This document shows positions 8,805 through 20,400 of a stretch of 64,000 bases of DNA, in pieces (position 1 is the stretch's first letter; each line of letters opens with the position of its first letter). This DNA comes from Minisyncoccota bacterium (GTDB taxonomy: Bacteria; Patescibacteriota; Minisyncoccia; Phycocordibacterales; UBA9973): contig JBAZVG010000001.1 of the NCBI GenBank assembly GCA_041661005.1, positions 403,307 to 467,306 of the forward strand. Reading direction: 5' to 3'. A model generated the notes under the pieces. That model saw only the letters and a program-made list of their open reading frames with translations. It was not told the DNA's origin and ran no database searches. The translations under genes and the position numbers were made by a program.

Positions 8805-9365
8805 ATGCGCTTAATTGATCAAGAGTCTAATTCAGGCAAAATAATCCGCGCGCTTGGTATCGGGATAGGGATATCCGTGGCACTAGGAAATAGGAGAACA
8901 AGCTATAAAATGACAAAAACATTAATTAAAGAAATTTTTGGTTTAAATAAACAACCCAAAAATTATTCTAGATATTTTTCTAAACTGAGAAAACAAAAGT
9001 TTGTATGTATTAAGAAAATTGACAGTGATCACATTGTGTCTCTCACAGAAAAAGGCAGAGAAGTTTTTTTAAGATTTAATTACGAAAACTTGGAAATAAA
9101 AAGAAGTAAAATATGGGATAGGAACTTTCGCATGGTTGTCTTTGATATTCCAGAAATAAAAAGAAATGCCAGAGATTCACTTCGAGATAAACTGAAAGAA
9201 ATGGGTTTGGTAAAATTCAACGATAGTGTTTGGATATATCCGTTCCCCTGCCAGCAAGAAATTGATTTTATTGCCAATTATTGGAATATAGGAAAATATG
9301 TGCATTTTGCTTTAGTTAAAAATATAACCAATAGAGATTACTTAGAAAGGTATTTTAATTTATAG
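8805..9365 (+). CDS. PaaX-like transcriptional regulator, short form (paralog 1)
   Basis: Winged-helix region (KQKFVCIKKIDSDHIVSLTEKGREVF) followed by a PaaX middle-domain-like block. IWDRNFRMVVFDIPE...LVKFNDSVWIYPFPC compares with E. coli PaaX AWDGKWLLLLSEGL...GFGALAPSLMASP. Confidence 0.5.
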   Translation: MRLIDQESNSGKIIRALGIGIGISVALGNRRTSYKMTKTLIKEIFGLNKQPKNYSRYFSKLRKQKFVCIKKIDSDHIVSLTEKGREVFLRFNYENLEIKRSKIWDRNFRMVVFDIPEIKRNARDSLRDKLKEMGLVKFNDSVWIYPFPCQQEIDFIANYWNIGKYVHFALVKNITNRDYLERYFNL

Positions 9366-9390
9366 ATATTTTTTCTTATATTTCATAAAT

Positions 9391-9422
9391 ACCACAATAA
9401 CCACGGCCGTGTCTATTGTGGT
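9391..9422. promoter_or_regulatory. Second copy of the paralog-1 palindrome, ACCACAATAACCACGG-CCGTGTCTATTGTGGT, 26 nt past the stop
   Basis: About 27/32 identical to the 8761..8792 site, itself an imperfect palindrome. It sits between convergent genes. Confidence 0.5.
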
Positions 9423-9452
9423 ATTAGTTTAACACCGCTAACATACTCCCTA

Positions 9453-10655
9453 TTAGTCAAAGTAATTTTTCAACCTTGAAATCTTCTCGTGCTGACGAAG
9501 TTTTTCGTGAACTTTTGCTTCGATCTGACGAATACGTTCACGGGTCACACCAAACTCCTCTCCTACCCGTTCCAAAGTATGCTGAATGCCATCGAGCAAT
9601 CCATAGCGCATCTCAAGAATTTTGCGTTCTTTTGGATTAAGTTCATTCAAGACTTCACGGATTTGGTCAGAAAGAATTCTGCGAGAAGATTCTTGATCCG
9701 GACGCAAGATTTTATCGTCCGGAATAAAATTTTCGAGTGTTGATTTATCATCATCATCTCCGACCGGCTGTTCCAAAGACACCGTCTCTTGGCTGATATT
9801 TTCAATCACGTGAATTTTCTCTACTGGAATACCCATCTCCGTAGCAATCTCTTCCGCCAACGGTTCTCGTCCTAAATCTTGAGAAAGCCGACGATGAGTC
9901 TGCTTGTATTTTGAAATTGTTTCCACCATGTGCACTGGAATGCGAATAGTGCGGGATTGATCGGCGAGCGCGCGAGTGATAGATTGACGAATCCACCATG
10001 TAGCATAGGTAGAGAATTTATATCCCTTAGTCCAATCAAATTTTTCAACTGCCTTGAATAAGCCCAGATTGCCTTCCTGAATAAGATCCAGAAGCGTCAA
10101 ATTCGCGGACCTTCCAACGTATTTTTTAGCAATAGAGACCACTAGACGCAGGTTCGCGCGAGCAAGCAAGTTCTTTGCCTCTTCGTCGCCATGTTCAATT
10201 CTCTTCGCAAGATCTTTTTCATCGCTGGCGTGGATAAGTGGATATTGACCTATTTCTTTTAAATACATCTGAATAGAGTCGTGCATAGTGGATTTATTCA
10301 AATCTTTATCAGTCAGATCCGTATTTAAATTTAGTAAGTTTCCGCCTTCTAAGACATCAATACCAGCAGTCGCAAACTTTTCATAAAGTTCATCCAAAAA
10401 TAGAATATTATTTTCAATGTCGGGAAAAATTTTTAATATTTCATCGTAAGTGATGAATCCTCTTTTGCGCCCTTTTTCTATAAGATCGTTTGATATGCGA
10501 TTCAGACCTTCCGCTTTTTTTTCTGAAGATGTTAATCTCACAACATTTTTTTTGCTTGGAGTTTTCTTTTTAATCTTCTTGACTTTTTTTATAATCTTCT
10601 TGACCTTTTTGACAACTTTCGTCTTTTTATTAAATTTTTTATTTTTTTTCTTCAT
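9453..10655 (-). CDS. rpoD: RNA polymerase sigma-70 factor RpoD
   Basis: Region 2/3/4 motifs ([39 protein letters not shown]). Lys-rich N-terminal extension. Directly downstream of dnaG. Confidence 0.9.
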   Translation of the reverse strand: MKKKNKKFNKKTKVVKKVKKIIKKVKKIKKKTPSKKNVVRLTSSEKKAEGLNRISNDLIEKGRKRGFITYDEILKIFPDIENNILFLDELYEKFATAGIDVLEGGNLLNLNTDLTDKDLNKSTMHDSIQMYLKEIGQYPLIHASDEKDLAKRIEHGDEEAKNLLARANLRLVVSIAKKYVGRSANLTLLDLIQEGNLGLFKAVEKFDWTKGYKFSTYATWWIRQSITRALADQSRTIRIPVHMVETISKYKQTHRRLSQDLGREPLAEEIATEMGIPVEKIHVIENISQETVSLEQPVGDDDDKSTLENFIPDDKILRPDQESSRRILSDQIREVLNELNPKERKILEMRYGLLDGIQHTLERVGEEFGVTRERIRQIEAKVHEKLRQHEKISRLKNYFD

Positions 10656-10663
10656 ATTTTTTA

Positions 10664-12499
10664 TTAACGACTATTTTTAATTTCCTCTTTTCTTTTATTT
10701 ATTTCACTTATTTTTTTTAAAATCTCCACTTCTTCTTTTTTGTCTTTAAGATTTTTAAGTTCTATCATTTTTCTTACAAGTTCTTCATTTAAATATTCTT
10801 CCTCGATTGAAAGCAACATCTCATTCACATCCTTCTGTAAATTTTCACTATCCAAATAAAATGCTTCCGCTTCATAAATTAAATCTTCCTTTATATTTTT
10901 ATATTTTTCTCTCGCTTGGTCCTTCGGCCCAGAGCCTATAGGCGAGGCTAATTTTTCAAAAATGGTGTTCGGATCTATAGTCTTGTTTTTCACGCTCTCT
11001 TGCCAGAAAGCTATTCCAAACAACCTTCTCTCGATCGGATCTTTTCTAAAACTTTTCTCCACATTTTCGATAGCAGTCTTGATTTCTTTACTTTCAGTCT
11101 CCATCGCCGATATCACTTTCTTTAGATCTTCCACCAAAGCATCTTCTTTTATTCCAGATTTGTCACTAATGAGTGTTATGAAATGAGATTTTTCGATAGA
11201 ACTTTCTAGATCATTCACAAATGGCAACAAGCGCTCTTGTATCGCTCTACCGATTTTTCTTTGGTCGGGAGCGAACTCTTTCAAGATTCTCTCTAGTATA
11301 GACGGAATAAAGTGCTTGGAATTACGTATCGCTTCGTGCCAGGCATCTTTGCCTTCTTTGGAAATAATATCTGCTGGGTCCATGCCTTCTTTCATACTTG
11401 CCACTTTCACGTCCATACCCATAGACAACGCAATTTTTGCAAAACGGTTTGAAGCATTCGCCCCAGCCTTGTCTGCGTCATATGCCAAGACAATATTTTT
11501 TGACAGTCTAAAAACTAGCCCTAAATTATTTATCATATTTTCCTTGGAAACTATCACATCAGTCATCGCCGTGCCAGAAGAAGCCACCGTATTTTTAAAA
11601 CCTGCCTGATGAGACAAAACTAAATCCATTTGGCCCTCGACCAAGATAGAAAAGTTATTTTTGCGAATAGAATCCTTCGCCTTGTCTATGCCGAAAAGCA
11701 CGGAAGATTTGTTGAATATCGGAGTTTCTGGGCTGTTTAAATACTTGGCCTGACTTATCACCTGCCCTGAGCCTGCCTGCGGTGAGCTTGCCGAACCCGT
11801 CGAAGGGTCGTCCACCAGAATCCTACCTGAAAAAGCAATTATGCGACCACTAGAGTCACTGATGGGAAACATGATTCTTCCACGGAATCTGTCGTACATT
11901 GCCCTAGACCCGCTTTGCAGGTCGGGCGATCCGCCTATGGCGGATTTAGCCTCAGGTTTTTTAGCCAGCCCGGCTTTTTCTATTTCAGTGTCAGTAAAAT
12001 TCTTAGACTTTAAATAATCGTAAAGTTTTCGCCAATCCAAAATAGCAAAACCTATTCTAAAATCTTTAATAGTTTTTTCTTCAAGTCCGCGAGATTTCAA
12101 ATATTCTTGTGCTTCCTTATTGTTCTTGAGATTATTTTCAAAGAACTTCGTGGCCTCTTCCATCACTTCATAAAGTTTTTCCTTTTCGCTCTTTGTCTCT
12201 TTGGCCTCTTTGCTATAAGTTTCGAGTTGGATGCCAGCTCTATCCGCCAAAAGTTTTAGCGCGCCCTTAAAATCAAGCCCTTCGAATTCTTCCACAAAAG
12301 TAAAAATATCCCCCGAAGCTCCGCAACCGAAACAATAATAACTCCCTCGCTCCGGACTGACAAAAAAGCTGGGTGTCTTTTCATTATGAAACGGACACTT
12401 GCCTTTCCAGCTCTTCCCCGCCTTGTCCAGCTTTATGTATGATGTCACAAGCGAGAGAATATCTATTCGTGATTTTATTTGATCAACAGATGAGGACAT
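10664..12499 (-). CDS. dnaG: DNA primase DnaG
   Basis: CHC2 zinc finger [11 protein letters not shown]...[11 protein letters not shown] and a TOPRIM region. Classic dnaG-rpoD arrangement. Confidence 0.9.
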   Translation of the reverse strand: MSSSVDQIKSRIDILSLVTSYIKLDKAGKSWKGKCPFHNEKTPSFFVSPERGSYYCFGCGASGDIFTFVEEFEGLDFKGALKLLADRAGIQLETYSKEAKETKSEKEKLYEVMEEATKFFENNLKNNKEAQEYLKSRGLEEKTIKDFRIGFAILDWRKLYDYLKSKNFTDTEIEKAGLAKKPEAKSAIGGSPDLQSGSRAMYDRFRGRIMFPISDSSGRIIAFSGRILVDDPSTGSASSPQAGSGQVISQAKYLNSPETPIFNKSSVLFGIDKAKDSIRKNNFSILVEGQMDLVLSHQAGFKNTVASSGTAMTDVIVSKENMINNLGLVFRLSKNIVLAYDADKAGANASNRFAKIALSMGMDVKVASMKEGMDPADIISKEGKDAWHEAIRNSKHFIPSILERILKEFAPDQRKIGRAIQERLLPFVNDLESSIEKSHFITLISDKSGIKEDALVEDLKKVISAMETESKEIKTAIENVEKSFRKDPIERRLFGIAFWQESVKNKTIDPNTIFEKLASPIGSGPKDQAREKYKNIKEDLIYEAEAFYLDSENLQKDVNEMLLSIEEEYLNEELVRKMIELKNLKDKKEEVEILKKISEINKRKEEIKNSR

Positions 12500-12534
12500 A
12501 AATTTTTGATCATTATTTTTACTTAACTTAAAAA

Positions 12535-13011
12535 CTATTTTGTGAATTTGAAAGTGGAAAGGATTGCATCATATTCCGTCTTGTATTCTTTTGGAATAAG
12601 ATATGGGGATGGTAAAAGGGCTACGAATACATCCGAATTATTAGCAATCAATTCTGTAAAAGCACGCCCATTTGGCTTTTGAAACTCATTTTTAATCTCT
12701 ACCCATTCATTTTTTGGATATAACACAATACTGAACAAAATAAGAGTATCAATCGGCTTTGGTGTTTGAAAAGAAAAAGACACTATTTTTTGATTCAGAA
12801 TTGGACTTTCTTCGGATTGCATGGACCATGCTGTTGGATATTTAAACTCAAACCCATATTTCTCATTCGTATATGTTTCCCAATCAGAAGTGTCAGGACC
12901 CCAGTTATGATTCTTATCATATGTGGGTTGTGAAAAATACATATATGTATAGCTTCCAGCACCTATAATCACAACTGCTATAATAATTCCCCAAATAATT
13001 TTTTTGTTCAT
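12535..13011 (-). CDS. Secreted/membrane-anchored hypothetical protein (paralog of 27656..28369)
   Basis: N-terminal TM segment. The shared motifs W(E/K)TYTN(E/V)KYGFEFKYP and an identical C-terminus ILSTFKFTK are both present in 27656..28369. Confidence 0.45.
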   Translation of the reverse strand: MNKKIIWGIIIAVVIIGAGSYTYMYFSQPTYDKNHNWGPDTSDWETYTNEKYGFEFKYPTAWSMQSEESPILNQKIVSFSFQTPKPIDTLILFSIVLYPKNEWVEIKNEFQKPNGRAFTELIANNSDVFVALLPSPYLIPKEYKTEYDAILSTFKFTK

Positions 13012-13117
13012 ATTATTTAAAATAAGCTTATGAATTATGGATAATTTCGACTTTATATAAATATTACTAATAACTGCTTGACATATTTTTTGTATTTGCT
13101 AATATAATGGGTATTAT

Positions 13118-13160
13118 GGCTTCGGCCTCCGAGAAACCCCGCGAAAGCGGGGTTTCGATT
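13118..13160. terminator. Bidirectional intrinsic terminator hairpins (GGCTTCGGCC and AAACCCCGC-GAAA-GCGGGGTTT plus T-run)
   Basis: GC stem with a GAAA tetraloop followed by TTTCGATTTT on the + strand. On the - strand it lies immediately after the MazF-like stop. Confidence 0.5.
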
Positions 13161-13574
13161 TTATATGCTATCCTTAAAAACCTTCATAATTTTTTCGAAA
13201 TCATCTATCGATACAAGATCAACTTTTCTTAAAAGTCTTTTGTTGCTGATAACGCGAGCTTGAGTTAGTTTGACCCATACAGGCCTTTCTTCACACTCAC
13301 CAGTTTTGATATTTTTTATTTTTACAAAAATCTTATAATGAAATTTGTCATTCTTTTCCCTGCTCGTAATTGGCAACACAAACATTGTTTCTTTGCTATA
13401 AACACTTAGCACTAAAACAGGTCTTTCAAAACTATCATTCTTGCCATCTATTTCTGCTCCCAAATTTAATCCTAAAGAACACCACCACACCTCTCTTGGA
13501 TGCGCAAAAATTTCCCTATTTTCTTTTTCAAAAGTTTTTTTAAGATTATTCCATTTGTCAAAATCTTTTTGCAT
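13161..13574 (-). CDS. PemK/MazF-family toxin-like protein (solitary)
   Basis: REVWWCSLGLNLGAEIDGKNDSFERPVLVLSV...VLPITS...KLTQARVISNKRL matches the MazF/PemK pattern. Start set at the internal MQKDFDKW. No antitoxin ORF is visible upstream. Confidence 0.5.
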   Translation of the reverse strand: MQKDFDKWNNLKKTFEKENREIFAHPREVWWCSLGLNLGAEIDGKNDSFERPVLVLSVYSKETMFVLPITSREKNDKFHYKIFVKIKNIKTGECEERPVWVKLTQARVISNKRLLRKVDLVSIDDFEKIMKVFKDSI

Positions 13575-13742
13575 AAATATTGGTATTTGCAAAAGGGGAA
13601 ACAGATAAAACTGCTTAGTCCTTAATGGGTCAGTCCTCACGCACACTTATTTTTGCTGTTACCCAGACTACAGAATGTTCGTAGTGCGATACACATTCCG
13701 CTCCCCCCTTTTGCAAACACCTTATAATTATACCCTAATAAT

Positions 13743-16700
13743 TTATTTCTCCGCCTCAGCCTTAATCTTGCTCTTGAACCCAGTCCCAGCTGGAATGAGT
13801 CGGCCGATGATGACGTTTTCTTTGAGTCCTCGCAGAGAATCCACACCACCCTTGATCGCGTTTTCAATAAGCACCCGGTTGGTGTTTTGGAACGATGCGG
13901 CCGAGAGCCAGCTCTTGGTGCGAAGCGATACTTCGGTAATACCGAGCACAACTGTTTCAGCTTTAGCTTTCGCTTCTTCTTTCCCAGTCAATTCCGAAAT
14001 TCTTGAATTTTCTTCCATAAATGCGGTGTTTTCAACGATGTCACCGATAGAAAAATTAGTTTCCCCGGCTTCTTTTATTTTTCGGCGCGAGAACATCTGG
14101 CGAACTATTATCTCTGTATGTTTTCTAGAAATCGAAGCACTCTGCAATTCATAAACTTTATTTATTTCACGAATTATGTATTTTTCAACTAACTCCTTTC
14201 CGCCAAATTTGAAAATCTCCGCAATATCCGCCGATCCATCGGTCAAGAGTTCGCCTTTTTTAACATGATCGCCAACTTTAACCATTGGTATTCTGTGAAA
14301 AGCCACAACGTATTCTATTTCATTCTTTCCACCTGCCTTGCTCGCCTCGCTCCCGCCATGGCGAAGCGGGCCACCATCCAAATCTGAAAGCACTTTGATG
14401 ATTTTCTCTTTTCCATCTTTTGCCGTAATAGAAGTAACTTCTCCATCTGTTTCAGACACGATTGCCGGATTTTTGGGAATTCTTCTTTCAAATATTTCTT
14501 CAACGCGAGGTAGTCCAGTGGTAATGTCAGTACCAGCAACACCTCCGGCATGAAATGTGCGGAGCGTAAGCTGAGTGCCCGGCTCTCCTATGGCTTGAGC
14601 TGCGATAATACCAACCGCTTCACCCAAATCCACCAAGTGATTGCGTCCCAAATCAAGACCGTAACACATCTGACAAAGACCATGCACAGTCCGACAAGTT
14701 AATGGAGAACGCACAAAGACTTCTGTAAAACCAGCTCCTTCAATATTATAGGCTTCCTCTTTGGTAATCAAAAATCCTTTCTTGTAAACTACGTTGCCAT
14801 TTTTATCTTTCAAGTCGCCAGCTAATACTCGTCCACGGATATTTTTTGAAAGTGGAATCTCCATGCCAGAAATATCTTCTCTAGTAACCATTCTTCCTTC
14901 TTTGGTTCCACAATCTGTTTCAGTGATAACCACGTCCTGTGCAACATCAACCAGTCTTCTGGTCAAATATCCGGCTTTAGCAGTATTGAGCGCTGTGTCC
15001 GAAGCGCCTTTTCGAGCACCGTGAGTAATAACGAAATATTCAATCGGAGAAAGCCCCTCTTGATAACAAGGAATGATAGGAAATTCCAAAGTCTTGCCTT
15101 GGTTGTTTTGAATAAGCCCAATCATTCCGGTCATTTGCATAAGACTGGACATCGTGCCTCTCGCCTTTGAAGTGAATAAATCGTAAGTAGAACCTCTCCT
15201 GTCGAGCGTTTTTGGCAGAACTTTTTCCAAATCTTTCTTTGTGCGTGTCCAAATCTCAATAACTTTCTGATATTTTTCTTCCTCAGATAAAAGCCCCTCG
15301 CGCCATTGTGATATTATCTCCTCCTCCAATTTTTTACCTTGAGCTATGATTTTAGGCTTTTCAGTAGATACAGAAACATTATCCAATCCCCACGTAGTTC
15401 CAGAAACTGTAGAATACTTAAAGCCGAATGCTTTAATCTTATCTAGAATCGCTGGCGTATTGTCGACGCCCGAGTGAACGATAAGTTCATCCAAAAGTTT
15501 TGACAACCTATCTTGAGTCATCTCATCATTCACATAAGAAAAATCAGCGGGTAATATGTTATTGAAAAGAAGCTTTCCTGCCGAAGTGTCAAAAATTCCT
15601 CCATCAAACTTGCGATACTTTGGCTTGTCTGTGGCTAGAACTTTTATTTTAGCTCGAAGAGAGATGACTCCATAGTCATACGCAGTAAGGGCGCTATTTG
15701 GACTTGAGAAATACTTACCTTCTCCGATTTCACCATCAACCGATTTGGTCATCCAATAACTTCCAAGCACCATGTCCATGCGAGGATGCACTATCGGATC
15801 GCCATTTTGTGGCTTTAACAGATTTTTGTTTGCAGCCATTAATTCTTTTGCCTCAGATTGCGCTTCTTCAAGAAGCGGAACATACACTGCCATTTGGTCT
15901 CCATCGAAATCAGCGTTGAAAGCCTGACAGACTAGCGGATGGACTTGGATAGCGTTGCCCTCTATCAAGATAGGATTGAAAGCCTGAATACCAAGACGGT
16001 GTAAAGTCGGCGCACGGTTCAAGAGAACATATTTCCCAGCAATAACTTCTTCAAGCATTGCCCAGACATCGGGAGTGCGTTCCTCTATGAGCTTGTTCGC
16101 TCCGCGGATATTGAATGCCAATTCTGCCTGTAAAATTTTAGAAATTACGAATGGTCTGAAAAGCTCGAGCGCCATATGTTTCGGTAATCCACATTGATTG
16201 AGCTTGAGTTCGGGACCTACAACAATAACTGAACGCCCTGAATAATCAACTCGTTTTCCGAGTAAATTTTGACGGAAAAGACCCTGTTTTGATTTCAAAT
16301 TATCCGAAAGAGATTTCAGAGGACGTTTTTGAGATTGACTCATTGCAGCAGAATCATTTTGTTTAGCAATTGAATTGTCAATAAGCGCATCAACCGCTTC
16401 CTGAATAATTCTTTTTTCATTTCGCAAGATTACATCGGGCGCGTTGATCTCTTTTAATTTTTTCAAACGATTATTTCTGTTTATAACTCGACGATAAAGA
16501 TCGTTCAAATCGCTGGTCGCATGTCTACCACCATCGAGCGCAACCATTGGACGCAAGACTGGCGGAATAACCGGAATCACAGTCAGAAACATCCATTCAG
16601 GACGAATTCCAGCATAAGTCATAGCGCGAATGAGAGAAAGCCTTTTCTGTAATTTCTCTTTTTCAGCCACGCTAGCTTCTGCAATCATTTTTTCAGTGTG

Positions 16701-17396
16701 AGCTTTCAACTTATTCAAGTCTAGATTTTTGAAAATAGAATAAATAGCTTCAGCGCCTATATTCGCTTCAAAACAAGTTCCATATTTCAAAGAAAAATGA
16801 TGGAAAGAAATTTCGTTTAAAACTTTTCCTTCATATATTTCTCCTATCTCCTTTTTGGTAACAGAAAGCAAGTTTTTCAATTTCTCTTTTGTGTCGACAT
16901 CTGCCGCATTCTTTAACTTAACTTTATATTCTTTATCTAAGTTTGCGACGATAGATTCTTTCTCTTCTTCATGAACTTTGGTAATGATATATCCAGCAAA
17001 ATATATAACTTTTTCGAGGTCAGAAACTGATATGTTTAGGAGAATACTCATTCGAGAAGGCACCCCACGCAAGAACCAAATATGCGATACAGGAGTAGAA
17101 AGCTCTATGTGCCCCATTCGCTCTCTTCGCACTATGGAACGAGTAACTTCAACTCCGCACTTTTCACAAATAATATCCTTATAACGAATTCGGCGATACT
17201 TTCCACAGTAACATTCATAATCTTTTTCCGGTCCAAATATTTTCTCATCAAAAAGACCTCCGCGCTCAGATCTACCGGTGCGGTAATTTATAGTCTCCGG
17301 CTTAGTGACTTCTCCAAAAGACCATTCTTTTATTTGCTCGGGCGAAGCGAGTCGTAGCGCGATCGAATCAAATTCAGTTGTGTTTAAAGTTTTCAT
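13743..17396 (-). CDS. rpoC: DNA-directed RNA polymerase subunit beta' RpoC
   Basis: 1217 aa with Zn-binding [23 protein letters not shown] and the catalytic NADFDGDQM motif. Confidence 0.95.
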   Translation of the reverse strand: MKTLNTTEFDSIALRLASPEQIKEWSFGEVTKPETINYRTGRSERGGLFDEKIFGPEKDYECYCGKYRRIRYKDIICEKCGVEVTRSIVRRERMGHIELSTPVSHIWFLRGVPSRMSILLNISVSDLEKVIYFAGYIITKVHEEEKESIVANLDKEYKVKLKNAADVDTKEKLKNLLSVTKKEIGEIYEGKVLNEISFHHFSLKYGTCFEANIGAEAIYSIFKNLDLNKLKAHTEKMIAEASVAEKEKLQKRLSLIRAMTYAGIRPEWMFLTVIPVIPPVLRPMVALDGGRHATSDLNDLYRRVINRNNRLKKLKEINAPDVILRNEKRIIQEAVDALIDNSIAKQNDSAAMSQSQKRPLKSLSDNLKSKQGLFRQNLLGKRVDYSGRSVIVVGPELKLNQCGLPKHMALELFRPFVISKILQAELAFNIRGANKLIEERTPDVWAMLEEVIAGKYVLLNRAPTLHRLGIQAFNPILIEGNAIQVHPLVCQAFNADFDGDQMAVYVPLLEEAQSEAKELMAANKNLLKPQNGDPIVHPRMDMVLGSYWMTKSVDGEIGEGKYFSSPNSALTAYDYGVISLRAKIKVLATDKPKYRKFDGGIFDTSAGKLLFNNILPADFSYVNDEMTQDRLSKLLDELIVHSGVDNTPAILDKIKAFGFKYSTVSGTTWGLDNVSVSTEKPKIIAQGKKLEEEIISQWREGLLSEEEKYQKVIEIWTRTKKDLEKVLPKTLDRRGSTYDLFTSKARGTMSSLMQMTGMIGLIQNNQGKTLEFPIIPCYQEGLSPIEYFVITHGARKGASDTALNTAKAGYLTRRLVDVAQDVVITETDCGTKEGRMVTREDISGMEIPLSKNIRGRVLAGDLKDKNGNVVYKKGFLITKEEAYNIEGAGFTEVFVRSPLTCRTVHGLCQMCYGLDLGRNHLVDLGEAVGIIAAQAIGEPGTQLTLRTFHAGGVAGTDITTGLPRVEEIFERRIPKNPAIVSETDGEVTSITAKDGKEKIIKVLSDLDGGPLRHGGSEASKAGGKNEIEYVVAFHRIPMVKVGDHVKKGELLTDGSADIAEIFKFGGKELVEKYIIREINKVYELQSASISRKHTEIIVRQMFSRRKIKEAGETNFSIGDIVENTAFMEENSRISELTGKEEAKAKAETVVLGITEVSLRTKSWLSAASFQNTNRVLIENAIKGGVDSLRGLKENVIIGRLIPAGTGFKSKIKAEAEK

Positions 17397-17423
17397 ATGT
17401 TTTTAAATAAAAATTAAGAAGGA

Positions 17424-20400
17424 TTAAATTTCTTTACTAACGCCTTTTCTTAAATCCACGTCAAGCGCTAGACCTCTTAAATAATTTAAGAGCACATTGA
17501 ATGATGCCGGAGAGTTGGGCGGTCGGATTGTTTCATTCTTAATAATCGAATCGAAAGTAGCCGATCGGCCGAGAATGTCGTCAGACTTAATAGTGAGCAT
17601 TTCACGCAATGTATAAGCCGCGCCGTAACCTTCGAGCGCCCAGACTTCCATTTCTCCGAATCTCTGGCCTCCACCTTGAGCTTTTCCACCGAGAGGCTGT
17701 TGGGTAATAAGCGAATAAGGCCCAATCGAACGCATGTGAATTTTGTCTTCTACCATATGGTGAAGTTTCAACATATACATATAACCGACAGCGACATCCT
17801 GTTCAAAAGCTTCTCCAGTACGTCCGTCAAAAAGTTTTATTTTTCCGTTTTTTGGCAATCCTGCTTTTATTAATTCTCCTTCTATTTCTTCATGCTTAGC
17901 CCCCAAGAATGGCGGAACGATCGCCTGATAACCGAGACTATTGGCAGCCATACCAAGATGCATTTCCAAAATTTGCCCCAAGTTCATACGAGAAGGAACA
18001 CCAAGTGGAGAAAGCACAACATCAACTGGTGTGCCGTCTGCCATATAAGGCATATCTTCTTCTGGCAAAATTGTTGAAATAACTCCCTTGTTTCCATGAC
18101 GCCCTGAGAGCTTGTCACCAACCGAAATATTTCTAATCTGCGCAACTTCAATAACAATTTTTTTAATTATCCCCGCTTCTAGAGTGTGTCCCAAATCGCG
18201 AGAAAAAATCTTGACACCAATGATACGTCCACGCTTTCCATGCTCAACTCTAAGGGAAGTGTCTTTTACATCTCTAGCCTTTTCAGCAAAAATTGAACGC
18301 AATAGACGCTCTTCCGGAGTGAGCTCAGTCTCACCTTTCGGTGTAATTTTACCAACCAAAATATCATTTTCTCTAACTTCTGCTCCGATACGAACAATGC
18401 CGTCTTCATCCAAATCTTTAAGTTTTAGTTCTCCGACATTTGGAATGTCCCGGGTAGTTATCTCTGGACCCAGCTTCGTGTCACGCACGATAGCAGTAAA
18501 TTCCTCGACATAGACTGAGGTAAACTTGCTCTTTTTTACCAGACGCTCAGAAACAATTATGGCATCCTCATAAGTTGATCCAGACCAAGACAAGAAGGCT
18601 ACAAAAATATTCTGCCCCAATGATATTTGTCCACCCACAGTGCTACTAGTATCTGCCAACACATCGCCTTTTTTTATTTTATCACCCACATTGACTAATG
18701 GACGCTGATGAAATACCGCAAAGTTGTTATTCCTCATAAAATTAACAAGGTTGTAAGTTTTTTCAGAAACCCCCTTAACGGTTATCTTTTTTGCATCCAA
18801 ATAAGAAACAACACCGTCTTCTAGGGCTATGATCAATCTGCCCGAATCCCGCGCTGCCAACTCTTCAACACCTGTAGCGACGAGCGGCGCTTCTGGCAAG
18901 ACGCAAGGCACAGCCTGTTTTTGCATGTTGGATCCCATCAGTGCTCGGTTGGCATTATTATGTTCCAAAAACGGAATCATGGAAGTTGCTATGGAAAAAG
19001 CCTGGTTAGGAGACACATCTATGAAATCAACTTCATCACGAGAAATAGCGCCCGGTTCTGTCTTAATTCTGGCTTCTACTTTTTCTTCCGTTATATTTCC
19101 TTTAGAATCGTATGGAGTTCCGGCATGCGCAATGTTATATTTTTCTTCCTCAAGCGCATTAAGATAAACCACTTCGCCGGTAATGCGTCCCTTTGTAACT
19201 TTTACATATGGAGTTTCAATTATTCCAAAATCATTTATCTTTGCATAAGTGGAAAGATGTAATATAAGTCCAATGTTTGGACCCTCTGGAGTGTGAATAG
19301 GACAAACTCTTCCGTAGTGTGAAGGATGCACGTCTCGAACTTCCAATCCGGCGCGTTCGCGTGTAAGACCTCCGGGTCCTAAAGCCGACAAAGTGCGCAA
19401 ATGTTCTATCTCGTAAAGAACATTTTCTTGCGCCATGAATTGCGAAAGCTGGTTGGTAGTGAAAAATTCTTTTATGCGAGCCTGAAGTGGACGTTGGTTG
19501 ATGATGGCAATGGGCATAGCCGTATCAACATCCACAATAGACATTCTATCTTGGATATTCCTTTTTATTTGCATCATTCCAGTACGAACTTTTTGTTGAA
19601 GTATCTCGCCGACGAATCTCACACGCCTTTGACCCAAATGATCTATATCATCACCTTTTCCATCGGGAGTATTATTTAAAACAATGATATTCATTATCAC
19701 CGTCACTAAGTCCTCTTTAGAAATAGTCCTTTTAGATAGAGACACCTCATCCATGGGCTTGTCAAAACGCTTATTGAATCTGAAACGTCCGACAGGAGAA
19801 AGATCGTATCTTTCTCCTGTAAATAGAGAGTTGATGAATTCTCGAGCATTATCTGCGGTAGCCATATCGCCATCTCTTAGTCGCTTATATATCTCAATAT
19901 ATGAATCGTTTAAACTCTTGACTCCATCTTTTAAAAGACACGTCTTTATCGTTTCTTCGACTGATTTGGCTGTTAAATCGCCAAGCCAACTCGGCGCTTT
20001 GGTCGCCAAGCTATTGAAAACTTTTAATATTTCTTCATTGGTCTCATAACCCATAGCGCGGAGAAGCGCAGTTGCAGGGAATTTTCTCTTTTTATCTATC
20101 CTTATGTAAATACCTCCATCAGCTTCGGATTCTATTTCTATCCACACTCCGCGAGCTGGAATAATTTTAGCGCCAAAATATCTACTGCCTTTACTCTCAG
20201 ACTCTGTAAAAAAAACTCCGAAACTTCTCGCAAGTTGGGGCACGATGACACGCTCCACACCGTTTATAATGAAAGTTCCATGGGAGGTCATCAAAGGAAG
20301 CTCCGACATAAATATTTCTTGCTCCTTTACGGTACCCAAGATTTTGTTTGTCAGCTTTACCCGAGCCTTCAAAAGTCCTTGATATGAAAGTTTATTTATT

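Noticed and set aside
14330-14400. GC-rich segment with CGCCATGGCG palindrome inside rpoC as another inserted element
   Set aside because: The palindrome is short and the flanks are not complementary. The encoded segment could be ordinary lineage-specific sequence. There is not enough evidence.
13637-17396. Numerous 60-130-aa ORFs on either strand inside rpoC and rpoB (e.g. 13637..13951, 14315..14551, 18112..18513)
   Set aside because: They are embedded in, or antisense to, long conserved RNA polymerase genes. No independent support.
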